Position numbers and translations under genes: made by a program. Below are positions 10,918-22,740 of a DNA stretch of 64,000 bases, one piece after another. The notes beneath the pieces were generated by a model that saw only the letters and a program-made list of their open reading frames with translations, made no database searches and was not told where the DNA came from. Source of the DNA: Octopus bimaculoides (taxonomy: Eukaryota); the NCBI RefSeq assembly GCF_001194135.2, contig NC_068981.1:87789844-87853843 (forward strand), given 5' to 3'. The number at the start of each line of letters is the position of its first letter. The stretch's first letter is position 1.

Positions 10918-11285
10918 TCGAAGATTAGGCCTTACCGAGGCAATGACTTCTGACCGAGACCTTTGGAAATATGCAGTACGTGAGAAGACCTGGCAAGCCA
11001 AGTTAGACCAAAATCCAAGGCCTCTGCCAGGGACGTAGCCAGCCCACTTATGCGTACCTTTCCTCCATTGGACACTAAACTCGTACCTGACTGGCCTTCG
11101 TACCGGTGGCACGTAAAAGCACCCACTACACTCTCGGAGTGGTTGGCATTAGTAAGGGCATCCAGCTGTAGAAACTCTGCCAAATTAGATTGGAGCCTGG
11201 TGTAACCATCTGGATCACCAGTCCCCAGTCAAATTGTCCAATTCATGCTAGCATGGAAAGCGGACGTTAAACGATGATGATGATG
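10918..11285 (+). mobile_element. 5'-truncated RTE LINE 3' end (ORF C-terminus plus 3'UTR plus (GAT)n)
   Basis: Translates RRLGLTEAMTSDRDLWKYAVREKT, resembling the RTE C-terminal L.L...M..DR..WR..V motif; followed by the tail ...CATGCTAGCATGGAAAGCGGACGTTAAACGATGATGATG. Confidence 0.85.
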
Positions 11286-11385
11286 NNNNNNNNNNNNNNN
11301 NNNNNNNNNNNNNNNNNNNNNNNNNNNNNNNNNNNNNNNNNNNNNNNNNNNNNNNNNNNNNNNNNNNNNNNNNNNNNNNNNNNNN
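11286..11385. other. Assembly gap (N)
   Basis: N run. Confidence 1.
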
Positions 11386-11600
11386 AGTAACGCCAACATT
11401 CACACTCCCCCTCCAGTCACCTTGCCATGTTAGACTGCTAAACTCTACACAGTTTTTCTCTCTCCATTTTTTTCTCTTATTCCTTTCTGTCGAAGAGCGT
11501 AGGCTCGAAATGTAAGAGACTTTACCATTTTTCCTGAGTGTTAAACTAAAACATCTGCTTGTTGTTCCTACACCTGTCTTTGTCTTCTGTTTTTTTTTTT
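11386..11600 (+). mobile_element. Penelope-like element terminal fragment
   Basis: Pyrimidine-rich tract, then CTGTCGAAGAGCGTAGGCTCGAAATGTAAGAG and a T-rich end, the layout typical of Penelope pseudo-LTRs; no ORF visible. Confidence 0.55.
11483..11518 (+). ncRNA. Minimal type-I hammerhead-like motif, variant core
   Basis: CUUU-[CUGUCGA-A]-GAGC-GUAG-GCUC-[GAAA]-U-GUA-AGAG: stem I CUUU/AGAG, stem II GAGC/GCUC, GUA triplet; the core deviates from CUGANGA at A6. Confidence 0.5.
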
Positions 11601-11974
11601 TTTTGTAAATTTGAACTTTATATATTGATATTCATGTGTATGTACCAGTTGATATGGTGTAGAAATTGGTATAACTTGGCCAACATGCATTCCAGAGAAT
11701 TACTGCTATCAACTTTTAGTATGGAATGATTTTAGGTGTTAGCCAGAATATAAATACTTTACATTATTGACTTTTATTATAGAGAATGCTAATATTTCAG
11801 TTCCTTTTCACATTGAATAGTTACAGTATTTATAGAATATTGGTACATATTTCTTTTAGTTTATATTCATTTTTCAGTAATAACTATGTAATATCCTTAC
11901 TGAATATTTATTAATTTAATCAGCACATTAAAGAATTAAAATGGTATTTCGGTCAGGAAAATATTGCATTCTAA

Positions 11975-13147
11975 TTAACCCTTTCATTACTATATTTCTG
12001 ACCAAAATACACCCCTCATGAGTTTCAATTAAATTCTAAAATAATCATGAATTTAGACTAGTCTCATTAAACACCTGTAACTTTTTTATTTATCAATATA
12101 TTAATGTGATATTTGGAACATAATTAAAGAAAGGGTTCTTAATCAATTCTATTGCANNNNNNNNNNNNNNNNNNNNNNNNNNNNNNNNNNNNNNNNNNNN
12201 NNNNNNNNNNNNNNNNNNNNNNNNNNNNNNNNNNNNNNNNNNNNNNNNNNNNNNNNNNNNNNNNNNNNNNNNNNNNNNNNNNNNNNNNNNNNNNNNNNNN
12301 NNNNNNNNNNNNNNNNNNNNNNNNNNNNNNNNNNNNNNNNNNNNNNNNNNNNNNNNNNNNNNNNNNNNNNNNNNNNNNNNNNNNNNNNNNNNNNNNNNNN
12401 NNNNNNNNNNNNNNNNNNNNNNNNNNNNNNNNNNNNNNNNNNNNNNNNNNNNNNNNNNNNNNNNNNNNNNNNNNNNNNNNNNNNNNNNNNNNNNNNNNNN
12501 NNNNNNNNNNNNNNNNNNNNNNNNNNNNNNNNNNNNNNNNNNNNNNNNNNNNNNNNNNNNNNNNNNNNNNNNNNNNNNNNNNNNNNNNNNNNNNNNNNNN
12601 NNNNNNNNNNNNNNNNNNNNNNNNNNNNNNNNNNNNNNNNNNNNNNNNNNNNNNNNNNNNNNNNNNNNNNNNNNNNNNNNNNNNNNNNNNNNNNNNNNNN
12701 NNNNNNNNNNNNNNNNNNNNNNNNNNNNNNNNNNNNNNNNNNNNNNNNNNNNNNNNNNNNNNNNNNNNNNNNNNNNNNNNNNNNNNNNNNNNNNNNNNNN
12801 NNNNNNNNNNNGTGCTTTTGTAGCTCATTCATTCTTTTCTTCGATATCTCCATATCTTCTGTTGAAAAACCTTCAAATTCGGAATCACTGCTTGATAGCA
12901 TGAAACTCCTCTCCATCTTCAAAGTTGAAAAAAATCAACGCCGCAAAAAATGTGGAAAAAAAATCTTCCAAAATTCACTGAGTTCAAATATCACGCCAAA
13001 CAATGTCGGAGACAATAACTCAACTGTTTGCAAAGTGAAATCAGGTGTTTTAACGAATGTACTAACGAGATTTGGGTTCAAATATACATTTAAATAACAA
13101 TGGGTACGCTCGGCCGGCTATGGCCGGGTTAGTAACAAAAGGGTTAA
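11975..13147 (-). mobile_element. piggyBac-like DNA transposon (probably internally deleted; middle lies in a gap)
   Basis: TTAA-CCCTTTCATTAC...GTAACAAAAGGG-TTAA termini; minus ORF from 12922, MKMERSFMLSSSDSEFEGFSTEDMEISKKRMNELQKH, has an acidic N-terminus of the type seen in piggyBac-family transposases. Confidence 0.7.
12157..12811. other. Assembly gap (N)
   Basis: N run. Confidence 1.
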
Positions 13148-13517
13148 AGTGTTTACAGAGCAGAAGTATTTTATATTCACAGTCATATAATAGAAATTTT
13201 CACATTTTTTGACGATGAAAGGTTGACAGCAACAATTCCATGGGGCTTGTATTTGCCAGTTGTACTATTAAAGCACTTCTGGACACCTTTTATAGCCAAT
13301 ACCAGTAAAATGCAAAGATCACCTTCAAAATTGGTTTTACTTTGTTTACGATTTGTAACCTTTCTCCAATATATTCTAGACAGCAATTATAATAAATCTG
13401 ACTAAAATCTTTGGTTTACATGCATCATAAAACTAAAGAGAAGTCAGTGCATATTGTGAATGATTTTTCATGGACTTCATTGTTCACATTTATTAGTGTG
13501 CATTATAAATGAGTGCA

Positions 13518-13540
13518 TGTGTGTGTGTGTGTGTGTGCGT

Positions 13541-13577
<37 letters not shown>
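13518..13577. repeat. (TG)n(TA)n microsatellite
   Basis: Directly visible. Confidence 0.95.
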
Positions 13578-13579
<2 letters not shown>

Positions 13580-13792
13580 TAAGTATGGTTTATAATCTTG
13601 AAAAAATTAATCTGTTAAAAAACAAAGAAATTGTGGGCTGATAGATTGGCTTAATTGTCTTATAAGAATTGAATTTAGTGTTGATTGAGACATTAATGGT
13701 AGAAAAAGAAAATTGTGTAAAGTATCAGAGAGTTACAGTTCTGAAGAATTGAATAATGTCTTTTGTGTAGCATCTTTTATTGTTTTATATGA

Positions 13793-14014
13793 TTAACCAC
13801 TTACCATTTAAACCAGCCACATCTGGCCTAAATATGCCTCCTGTTTTACATCCAAACTGGCCAGATCTAACTTCTCATACCTACAATGTCATTCTAAATA
13901 TTGACAATAACATCATCAAAATTTCAAATCTGTGAGATGTTATATGATTAATTCCAAATAATGTGAATAAATAAACTTTACGTTTGTCTGAGTAATTTGA
14001 ACACTAATGGGCTC
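13793..14014 (+). mobile_element. piggyBac-type MITE, family B (diverged)
   Basis: TTAAccacttaccatttaaaccagccacatctggcc...aatttgaacactaatggg. Confidence 0.7.
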
Positions 14015-14019
14015 AGTCA

Positions 14020-14660
14020 TTAAGAAGGGGCAATGCTTGTGGCTTCATAGGTCCTCTAATGTGATTGATACGGTTGATGTTTGGTTTGAACACCTGTAAG
14101 TTGATATCTGCAGAGATGGGGGTGGGAAACATTGGTAGGAAGGGAATTCCAAAGTGTTGACATTCTAGGAAGAAAAGATTAGGTATAATGGAGAGGAGGA
14201 GCGTGAATGTTGGTGTTATTGAAGAAACGACTTTCAAAAGAGACAGCACATCTGTGGGCTAAGGGGTTGTAGTATGTCTTTGACAATCATTTGAATGGCC
14301 TCTTTTTGGAAGTGGTTTAGAATTTTTGTGTCTGTAGTAGCAGCATTATTCCAGATGGAGTATTATTCTGTTGTGGATTTTATGGGAAGAAGTAAGATGA
14401 GTACATCAAGTGGATATGTTTACGGTAGTTTTCAGAAGAGCAGAAATCATTGTGAGGCTGTCATCTTCAACTACATAATGCTAGTTGGATGAATGAAGGC
14501 TTGTGTGAATATCTGAATCTCAAATATATGTTTGTTTGAGGGATGTATCATGCGAGATGTGTGGGCAGCACTGTAGATTAGCATTTATTTGGTCTTAGTA
14601 TAGAGTTATTGAATTCCTATTTCATCTTAGCTAATTTCTATGACTATTGATAAGTTAAAA
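14020..14660 (-). mobile_element. Decayed CR1/L2-type LINE 3' coding remnant
   Basis: Minus translation YSIWNNAATTDTKILNHFQKEAIQMIVKDILQPLS resembles the post-RT EY.S.IW..A....L..IQ..A...I....LQPL.HRR motif; stops and frameshifts present. Confidence 0.55.
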
Positions 14661-15630
14661 GTCCTGGTTTTGAAATCTGCTTCCTTTGTTAATAATGATT
14701 GTAGAGAGAAATTTTCATTTAGTTGTTGGTTAGCCCCAAATTAGCTCTGAATGAGTGTACCTTTGATCAAAGGCATTTGAGCCATGGCTGTTCCCATCTG
14801 TCCTCTTAATGACAGTATTCAAAACAGCCTTCCTTTTTTAAGCTGGTTGGGTGCAGTATGAAGTTTTAGCTGCTGATTCTAGCTTGTTGAGTAACGAGGT
14901 TGAGATTCTCTAGTTAGCTTGCAAATTTCAGTTTTTGAATGTGGTCAATAGTGGTTGAGGGGTTAATATATTGGATTATTGACATGAAATGCATGAGTTT
15001 CAATCCTGTTCTATTGTGTTTATCGAGAACAACATAATTTTGCATTAGTCAATCTTTGAAAATGAATCTTAGTCTTACTTCACAGTTGAATGATTCCTGT
15101 AAAGAAGGGCATTTAGTGATGTATGAACACTCTAACAATTTATGGAGATATTATGCTAGCATAAGAACCTTGAGATACAAACCAAAAACATTTTTATTCA
15201 GCAATGGAGTAGAAAATATAAAGCTCATTGTGAAGTATTGTATTATCTTTTCACACTAATATGAATCACCTTAAATGTTTCTTCATACATGTGAGAATGA
15301 TGTAATGATTTTTCTAAGAAAATAAATATTTTTGATGTTAGTAACAAATATCAAACTGCATTTCTGTTACTTCACTACTGCATTGCAAATAATATAGAAC
15401 TCAATAATTGATTGAATCTAGCCTTGTATAAACAATCCTGTAATACTAGTTCTATAATGAAATATTGCATCTTAGTAGACTTTATGTTCAAAAGAAAGAT
15501 ATTTGTGACAAAATTGTTGCAATTTAGTCATTTATTTAGAATAAGTTTATGCCTCTTCTATACTTTTGGGATCATTGTGTCTCCTGATTATAGTCGGATG
15601 AATTTATTATCACATTTCTATATCCTTATA

Positions 15631-15784
15631 GTCTGTATGGTAAGAAGTTGGCTTCCCAACCACATGGTTTTGGTTTCAGTCCCAGTGTCTTGGGCAAGTG
15701 TCTCTTTTACTGTAGCCTTGGGCTGATGAAAACCTTGTGGGTGAATTTAGTAGACGGAAACTAAAAAAAAGACACGTATGTGTG

Positions 15785-15817
<33 letters not shown>

Positions 15818-16052
15818 CACATACACATATACTGATGCGTTTGTGTTTGGCTCCTACCTACCACTTGACAGCCAGTGTTGGTTTGTTTACATCACTCGTA
15901 ACTTAGTGGCTTGGCAAAAGAGACCAATAGAATAAGTACCACTTAAAAAAGGGAAAATAACTACTGGGGTCAATTTGTTTGACTAAACCCTTCAAGGAGG
16001 TGCCCCAGCATAGCCACAGTCTAATGACTGAAACAAATAAAACATTAAAAGA
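15631..16052 (+). mobile_element. SINE family S
   Basis: Head, core and tail collinear with 4491-4877. Confidence 0.85.
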
Positions 16053-16655
16053 AAGGATAAATATATCTTCTACAATATCAATTTGGGGATTAATCAGTCA
16101 TATTTTCGTATATTCCTATAAAATTTCTGATATCACAAAAGCAAGAGAATTAAATGATTGATTTTGTTGGTTAGCTACTGTTACCCTTTTTCTTTCTTTT
16201 TATTTTTTTATATGATCAAATGACCACAAAATCCCATAGGTAAACTTGTTTTGGTTGAATAAACATTGTTGTTGACCCTTCAATTTATTAGCTTTTGTTA
16301 GCAGCAATTTCTATTGAAAATCAATTTCTAAATTATGTTTAGCTGCTCATCTTTGATTAGTAATCAAGATTCACATAAGACTTGATAATAGAAGAGCAGT
16401 TTGTTTGGTAGTTCTGAATCTGAATATGAAAATTGACCTTATCCTAGGATATGTAATCTAAACCTAGACTTGATTAGGTTTGAGATGATTTCCCTAAGCA
16501 TATAATATTTCTGATAAGGACCTGCTTTACCAAATAAATTTTCTCGCCAGGCTGGTGGCATACTTCTAAGTATAGGTGTGGAAGTTCAATATTGTTAACT
16601 ATTTACATTTTGTAATTAAGCCAGTTTTCTTGCAAAAATTGGTATGTTATGTTTT

Positions 16656-16873
16656 TTAACTCTTTTGATACCAACCTGCCCAAGACTGCTTCTGCTTCTA
16701 TGATACAAACTTTCTGTATAAAGTGATCTAAGTTGAAATTTCCCATTAGAATTCGTTGTTAATTTATGTTCGAATAATCAGCTTAGATATTTTACTAAAT
16801 TCTTAATTATTTTCAAAATTAATTGAAACAAATGCAGTGTAGTTCAACAGAAATATGGTAACAAAAGGGTCAA
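16656..16873 (+). mobile_element. piggyBac-type MITE, family A
   Basis: TTAActcttttgataccaacc...gaaatatggtaacaaaagggTCAA. Confidence 0.8.
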
Positions 16874-17007
16874 AGCACTTTACACATAAAAATAAATTTT
16901 ATTCCATCAACAACATTCTGCATGTACTTATGAGTTGATGTCAAAAGATTCTAAATATGTAAGCCAAATCATAAAACTGAAACAAAATAATACTTTTTTT
17001 ATGAGTA

Positions 17008-17148
17008 GATGCAAACATGGCTGTCTGGTTAAAAAGCTTTATTTGCAACCTGTGGTTTTGGGTTTTGGCCCACTGTGTAGCATCTTGGGCAGGTTTCTTT
17101 TACAACCCTGGGCCAACCAGTAACTTGTGAGTGACTTTAGTAGACGGG
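17008..17148 (+). mobile_element. SINE family S head
   Basis: catggctgtctggttaaaaagc...gggttttggcccactg...tagtagacgg. Confidence 0.7.
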
Positions 17149-17224
17149 TGCAGATACTCCTTGTGTGTGTATATATTTCTTCATCATCATCATCATTTAA
17201 CTTCCTCTTTCCATATTGGCAACA

Positions 17225-17580
17225 GTCATTAGACTGTGACCATGCTGGGACACTGCCTTGAACTTTTAGTCAAATGAATCGACCCCAATACTTTTTTTTT
17301 AAAAGCCTGGTGCTTGTTCTATTGGTCTCTTTCTGTTGAACCACTAAGTTATGGGGACATAAACAAACCAACACCAGTTGTCAAGCAGTGATGGGGTACA
17401 AATACAGACACATACACACATACAATGGGCTTCTTTCAGTTTCCTTCTACCAAATCCACTCACAAGACTTTGTTTGGCCCGAGGCTCTAGTAGAAGACAC
17501 TTGCTCTAGATGCCATGCAGTGAGACTAAACCTGGAACCATGTGGTTGGGAAGCAAGCTGCTTATCACACAGCCATGCAT
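17225..17580 (-). mobile_element. SINE family S
   Basis: Full reverse-complement copy. Confidence 0.85.
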
Positions 17581-17784
17581 AGTGTTTTTATATATAATTC
17601 AGTTTTGTCAGTGATAATGATATCAATTTTGTTAGTGTCTTGTTTTTTTTCTTCAAGCAATTGTCTGGACTTTTTCAGAAGGCCCCAATGATATTCCTAA
17701 AAAGAGCTTACATTTGATTATGTCCCTGGTGTCAAACATTAACAACTAACCTCAAATACATTATTTTTGGTTTGTCATCTTTAA

Positions 17785-18146
17785 CATGATTAAGAAGCTT
17801 GCTTATAACCATGTGGTTTCAAGTTCAGTCCCACTGCATTGCACCTTGGGTGTCTTCACTTTAGACCCAGGCCAACCAATGCTTTGTGAGTGAATTTGGT
17901 AGAGAGAAACTGTGAGGAAGCCCATCATATATATGTGTGTGTCTGTGTTTATTTTTTCCCCCACTGCAGCTTGATTTCTTTTATATTCCAGTAATTTAGC
18001 AGTTCAGCCTAAGAAATTGATAGAATAAGTACCAGACTTAAACAAAGACTAGTAAGTACTAGGGATGATTTGTTTTACTAAATCCTTCAAGACAATGCCT
18101 TTAGCATGGCTGCAGTCCAGAGATAGAAGCAAGTAAAACTAGAAGA
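17785..18146 (+). mobile_element. SINE family S
   Basis: Collinear with the family. Confidence 0.8.
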
Positions 18147-18287
18147 AAATGAAAATCAAACTATAGCCTTGCCTAATCACACTCTCCTTTCTTTCCAAAA
18201 TAATTAAAATAATCTGTTTCACAAGGGAAATACATCTCGGTAACTACAAGGGATCTATATTGTGAGCCAGTCTTTAAGAATTTTGTA

Positions 18288-18457
18288 TGCTGCTTTCCAT
18301 GCTGGCATGGGTTGGATGGTTTGACTGAGAACTGGCAAGCCAGGAGACTGCACCAGGTTTCAATCTAATTTGGGAAGGTTTCTACAGCTGGATGCCCTTC
18401 ATTAAGCAGGTGCCAGTCAGGCAGCACTGGCATTGGCCACACTTGAATGGTGCATTT
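18288..18457 (-). mobile_element. RTE-type 3' tail
   Basis: ctttccatgctggcatgggttggatggtttgactgag...ttctacagctggatgccc. Confidence 0.8.
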
Positions 18458-18621
18458 GATGGCCTTCTTTCTGTTTCCATCTGCAAAATCCACCCACAAG
18501 GCTTTGGTTGGCTTGAGGCTATAATAGAAAACATTTGCCTAAGGTGCCACACAGTGGGATTGAACTCGGAACCATGTAGTTGGGAAGGAAACTTCTTACC
18601 ACACAGCTACATCTGTGCCTA
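18458..18621 (-). mobile_element. SINE family S head
   Basis: Reverse-complement head/core. Confidence 0.8.
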
Positions 18622-18817
18622 AATTAAGCTAATTTCCAATGAATTATTGATCAAATTTCTAAAATAGGTTTCTAAAGTTATGTCATTAGCCAAAAATAAA
18701 TGTATAATTGTAGACAGAGTAGCTTAGTATTTCTTCTTGATAATTTGAAATTTCAATAATTCGAAATCTGAGAGAAGAAAGAAAATGTTATAAAATGTAT
18801 AATCTAAATAATCCAGA

Positions 18818-19181
18818 GGTGCAGGCATGGTTGTGTGGTAAGAAGTTTGCTTCTTAACCACATTATTCAGGTTCAATAACATTCAATGGCAACTTAGGCA
18901 TCTTCTACTATAGCCTCTGGCTGACCAAAACCCTCTGAGTGGATTTGGGAGATAAAACTTTGGAAGCCTGTTTGTTTGTGTGTTTCTGTTAGTGTTTGTC
19001 CCCCACAACCACTTGACAATCAGTGATGATGGTTTGTTTACATTCTTAAGTAGTTTGGCAAAAGTGACCAATAGGATTCGTACCAGACTTTTAAAAAAAT
19101 GAAAAAAGTACTGGGGTCAATTTATTCGATTAAACCCTTCTAGTGGTGTTCCGGCATGGCCAGAAGTAAAAGATAAAAGAT
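18818..19181 (+). mobile_element. SINE family S
   Basis: ggtgcaggcatggttgtgtggtaagaag...gtaaaagataaaagat. Confidence 0.85.
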
Positions 19182-19307
19182 ATTGTATTAGTAGACAGTA
19201 TATGAAAGATGTAATATCCCAGTGGATTTTGTGTTGATTTGGGGATAATCTGATATCTGTATGATGAATTTGTGGATCTCCATTCAATTATAGAAAGTTT
19301 GTTACCA

Positions 19308-19507
19308 TTAACTCTTTTGTTTCTGTATTTCTATTGAAATACATTGCGTTTGTTTCAGTTGATTTTTAAAATGGCAAAGAACTTAGTAAAACAACTTTGC
19401 CAATGTTAAGCTGGTGTTTGAAGCAGAAATTAACATGAAGTTTTGATGGAAGATTTTAGTTTAGATCACTTTAAAAGAGGAAGTTTGTGTCATAGAATCA
19501 AGAGTGG
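19308..19507 (-). mobile_element. piggyBac-type MITE, family A (one end truncated)
   Basis: TTAActcttttgtttctgtatttctattgaaatac...ttagatcactttaaaagaggaagtttgtgtcatagaatc. Confidence 0.7.
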
Positions 19508-19804
19508 AATGTTATGAATTTCTTAAATATCACCAGATTATCAAGTAATTTATCTTAGATCTCTGAATTTGACAGCTAACCCATGTAAGTTAGCCTGTGT
19601 AGGTTAATACGGGTTAACAACTTGTGTAAAATAGAAATCCAGATTAGCCCTGTTAAAATGTGGCAAGTGATGTTTTTAATTAATTCAATTAAATGTATGT
19701 AAAGTTTCTCATAAAAATTTATGATGTTACTTTACTCACAAAATTATATTGTTTGTATTATTTCAATATTCAGTATTCTACTTTCAAAATGTATTTACCA
19801 ACAT

Positions 19805-20160
19805 AGGTCAAGCATGACTGTGAGTAAGATGTTTGCTTCCCAACCACATAGTTCTGGGTTCATCCCGCTGCATGACATTTTGAGCAACTCCCTTTTAATG
19901 TAGCCTTGGGCTGACCAAAGCTTTGTGGATGGACTTGATCGACAAAACTTGAAGGAAGACTGTTTTGTGTGTGTATGTGTCCCCGTCCCCTCCACTATTT
20001 GACAACTTGTGTCCCTTTTACTCAGCAGTTTTGTAAAAGAGATTGATAGAATAAATATAAGGCTTTAAAAAAATGTCCTGGAATCAATTCAACTAAATCT
20101 CTCAAGGTGGTGCCCCAGCATGGCCACAGTCCAATGACTGAAATAAATGAAAGATAAATA
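19805..20160 (+). mobile_element. SINE family S
   Basis: Collinear with the family. Confidence 0.8.
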
Positions 20161-20169
20161 TATTTATTA

Positions 20170-21868
20170 CTAGCAGAGATACCCGGCGTTGCCCGTGTTA
20201 CATGCAATTGAAGGATGAGACTTTTCTCTTATATTTCCTGTAAGGAACTGGAATAGATATTATTCGAATTTCATCAAAATTGCACATGAGGGTTCTTTCC
20301 CTCTTTACACACCCTAAAAAAATTCTAATCATGAGACATGTATCCCATACTATTAATCTTTATGCACATATTCCAAAATTTCAGAGCTCTTGGAGCTGAA
20401 AAATGTAGAAGTTAAGGCCCCTATTGGGGGTGGGGGTGTTAATGTCAAGCAGAGAAGTTGAATTGTTGGGAATGTTTTTAACTTGGGTGTAATATGTATT
20501 GTTTGAATTTCTTTGAAATAGGAAATATATNNNNNNNNNNNNNNNNNNNNNNNNNNNNNNNNNNNNNNNNNNNNNNNNNNNNNNNNNNNNNNNNNNNNNN
20601 NNNNNNNNNNNNNNNNNNNNNNNNNNNNNNNNNNNNNNNNNNNNNNNNNNNNNNNNNNNNNNNNNNNNNNNNNNNNNNNNNNNNNNNNNNNNNNNNNNNN
20701 NNNNNNNNNNNNNNNNNNNNNNNNNNNNNNNNNNNNNNNNNNNNNNNNNNNNNNNNNNNNNNNNNNNNNNNNNNNNNNNNNNNNNNNNNNNNNNNNNNNN
20801 NNNNNNNNNNNNNNNNNNNNNNNNNNNNNNNNNNNNNNNNNNNNNNNNNNNNNNNNNNNNNNNNNNNNNNNNNNNNNNNNNNNNNNNNNNNNNNNNNNNN
20901 NNNNNNNNNNNNNNNNNNNNNNNNNNNNNNNNNNNNNNNNNNNNNNNNNNNNNNNNNNNNNNNNNNNNNNNNNNNNNNNNNNNNNNNNNNNNNNNNNNNN
21001 NNNNNNNNNNNNNNNNNNNNNNNNNNNNNNNNNNNNNNNNNNNNNNNNNNNNNNNNNNNNNNNNNNNNNNNNNNNNNNNNNNNNNNNNNNNNNNNNNNNN
21101 NNNNNNNNNNNNNNNNNNNNNNNNNNNNNNNNNNNNNNNNNNNNNNNNNNNNNNNNNNNNNNNNNNNNNNNNNNNNNNNNNNNNNNNNNNNNNNNNNNNN
21201 NNNNNNNNNNNNNNNNNNNNNNNNNNNNNNNNNNNNNNNNNNNNNNNNNNNNNNNNNNNNNNNNNNNNNNNNNNNNNNNNNNNNNNNNNNNNNNNNNNNN
21301 NNNNNNNNNNNNNNNNNNNNNNNNNNNNNNNNNNNNNNNNNNNNNNNNNNNNNNNNNNNNNNNNNNNNNNNNNNNNNNNNNNNNNNNNNNNNNNNNNNNN
21401 NNNNNNNNNNNNNNNNNNNNNNNNNNNNNNNNNNNNNNNNNNNNNNNNNNNNNNNNNNNNNNNNNNNNATATCTCTATATATATCTATACATATACGTGT
21501 ACATATACATCTATATGTATACATATACATCTCTCTCTCTGAAACCATTAAAGTGAAAGTATCTGTCATTATAGTATCGAAATGTGATTGTTTCAGTTAG
21601 TGGAATAGTTTCATTTTTAAAGTGAAAGTATTTGACATGAGTGTTTTTGTTTCACTTTTGACACGTAATACTTAAATAGTGGAGGAGATATTATGTTGCT
21701 GTGGGCTCGAACTATGCAAGAAGTTAAACATTTTTTTTGACTAAAACACAACCGGGACCCTAAGTAAGGCACGTGTAAAATTTGAATGAAATTGGTTGTG
21801 TAATTCTCGAGTTTTAGGGAAACAAACACAGACAGACAGACACACATTCTCATTTTTATATATATAGA
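20170..21868 (-). mobile_element. Non-autonomous Helitron (contains a gap)
   Basis: The minus strand starts A|TCTATATATATAAAAATG at 21868 and ends ...CGGGCAACGCCGGGTATCTCTG-CTAG|T at 20170: 5' TC, GC-rich subterminal hairpin, 3' CTAG, AT target and no TSD. Confidence 0.85.
20531..21468. other. Assembly gap (N)
   Basis: N run. Confidence 1.
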
Positions 21869-21973
21869 TAATTTACATTGACAGTTTCAGTTTACTTTAT
21901 GTTGTACTTAAGAAGGAAGCAGAAAGTGAGATTAGTCATTGGTTTGGTTGATTAACCAATCCTATCATCCAGT

Positions 21974-22200
21974 TTAACCCTTTAGTATTTAAACATGGCC
22001 ATATCCGGCCCAAATATTCTACCTGTTTTATACTCAAACTGGTCATATCTGGCCTCTCACACCTATCCTACAATGCCATATTAAAAATAAACAATCACAT
22101 CATTAAAATCTCAAAGCTACAAGATAATGTATGATTACTTCAAAATAATGTGAATAAATGAGCATTATGTTTGACAATAATCTGATTGCTAAAGCGTTAA
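21974..22200 (+). mobile_element. piggyBac-type MITE, family B, near full length
   Basis: TTAAccctttagtatttaaacatggccatatccggccc...tctgattgctaaagcgTTAA. Confidence 0.85.
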
Positions 22201-22377
22201 TACCACTACCCAGCTTTTGGGTGCCTTTAAGCAGGATCCATTCTATTGCATGCATTTGGGATTAGGTTTCTGATTTAAGGATAAATTCCCATCAGTCCCA
22301 GAGTTCTCAGAAAGGATCATCAGTCATATTTTTCCTCATTTGGCCTACCTTGAGGATATGAAAAAAAAGTCATTTAT

Positions 22378-22740
22378 AGGCACAGGTGTAGCTATATAGT
22401 AGGAAGTTTGCTTTCTAACCATATTGTTCTGGGTTCAGTCCCACTGCATGGCACTTTGGATAAGTGTCTTCCATTACAGCCTGAGATCAGCCAAAACTTT
22501 GTGAATGGATTTGGTAGATGGAAACTCAAAGAAACCTGTCGTGCGTGTGTTTGTCCCCCACTACCACCTGTCAACCAGTGTTGGTGTGTTTATGTCCCTG
22601 TAATGTAGCAGTTTGACAGAAGGGACTGAAGTACCAATCTTTAAAAAAAAGCATTGTGGTTGATTCATTCAACTAAAATTCTTCAAGGTGGTACACCAGC
22701 ATGGGCACAGTCTAATGACTGAAATAAGTAAACAGTAAAC
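22378..22740 (+). mobile_element. SINE family S
   Basis: Collinear with the family. Confidence 0.85.

Noticed and set aside
19576-19584. 9-nt microexon-like ttgacag|CTAACCCAT|gtaagt
   Set aside because: Poor polypyrimidine tract and no supporting context; chance level.
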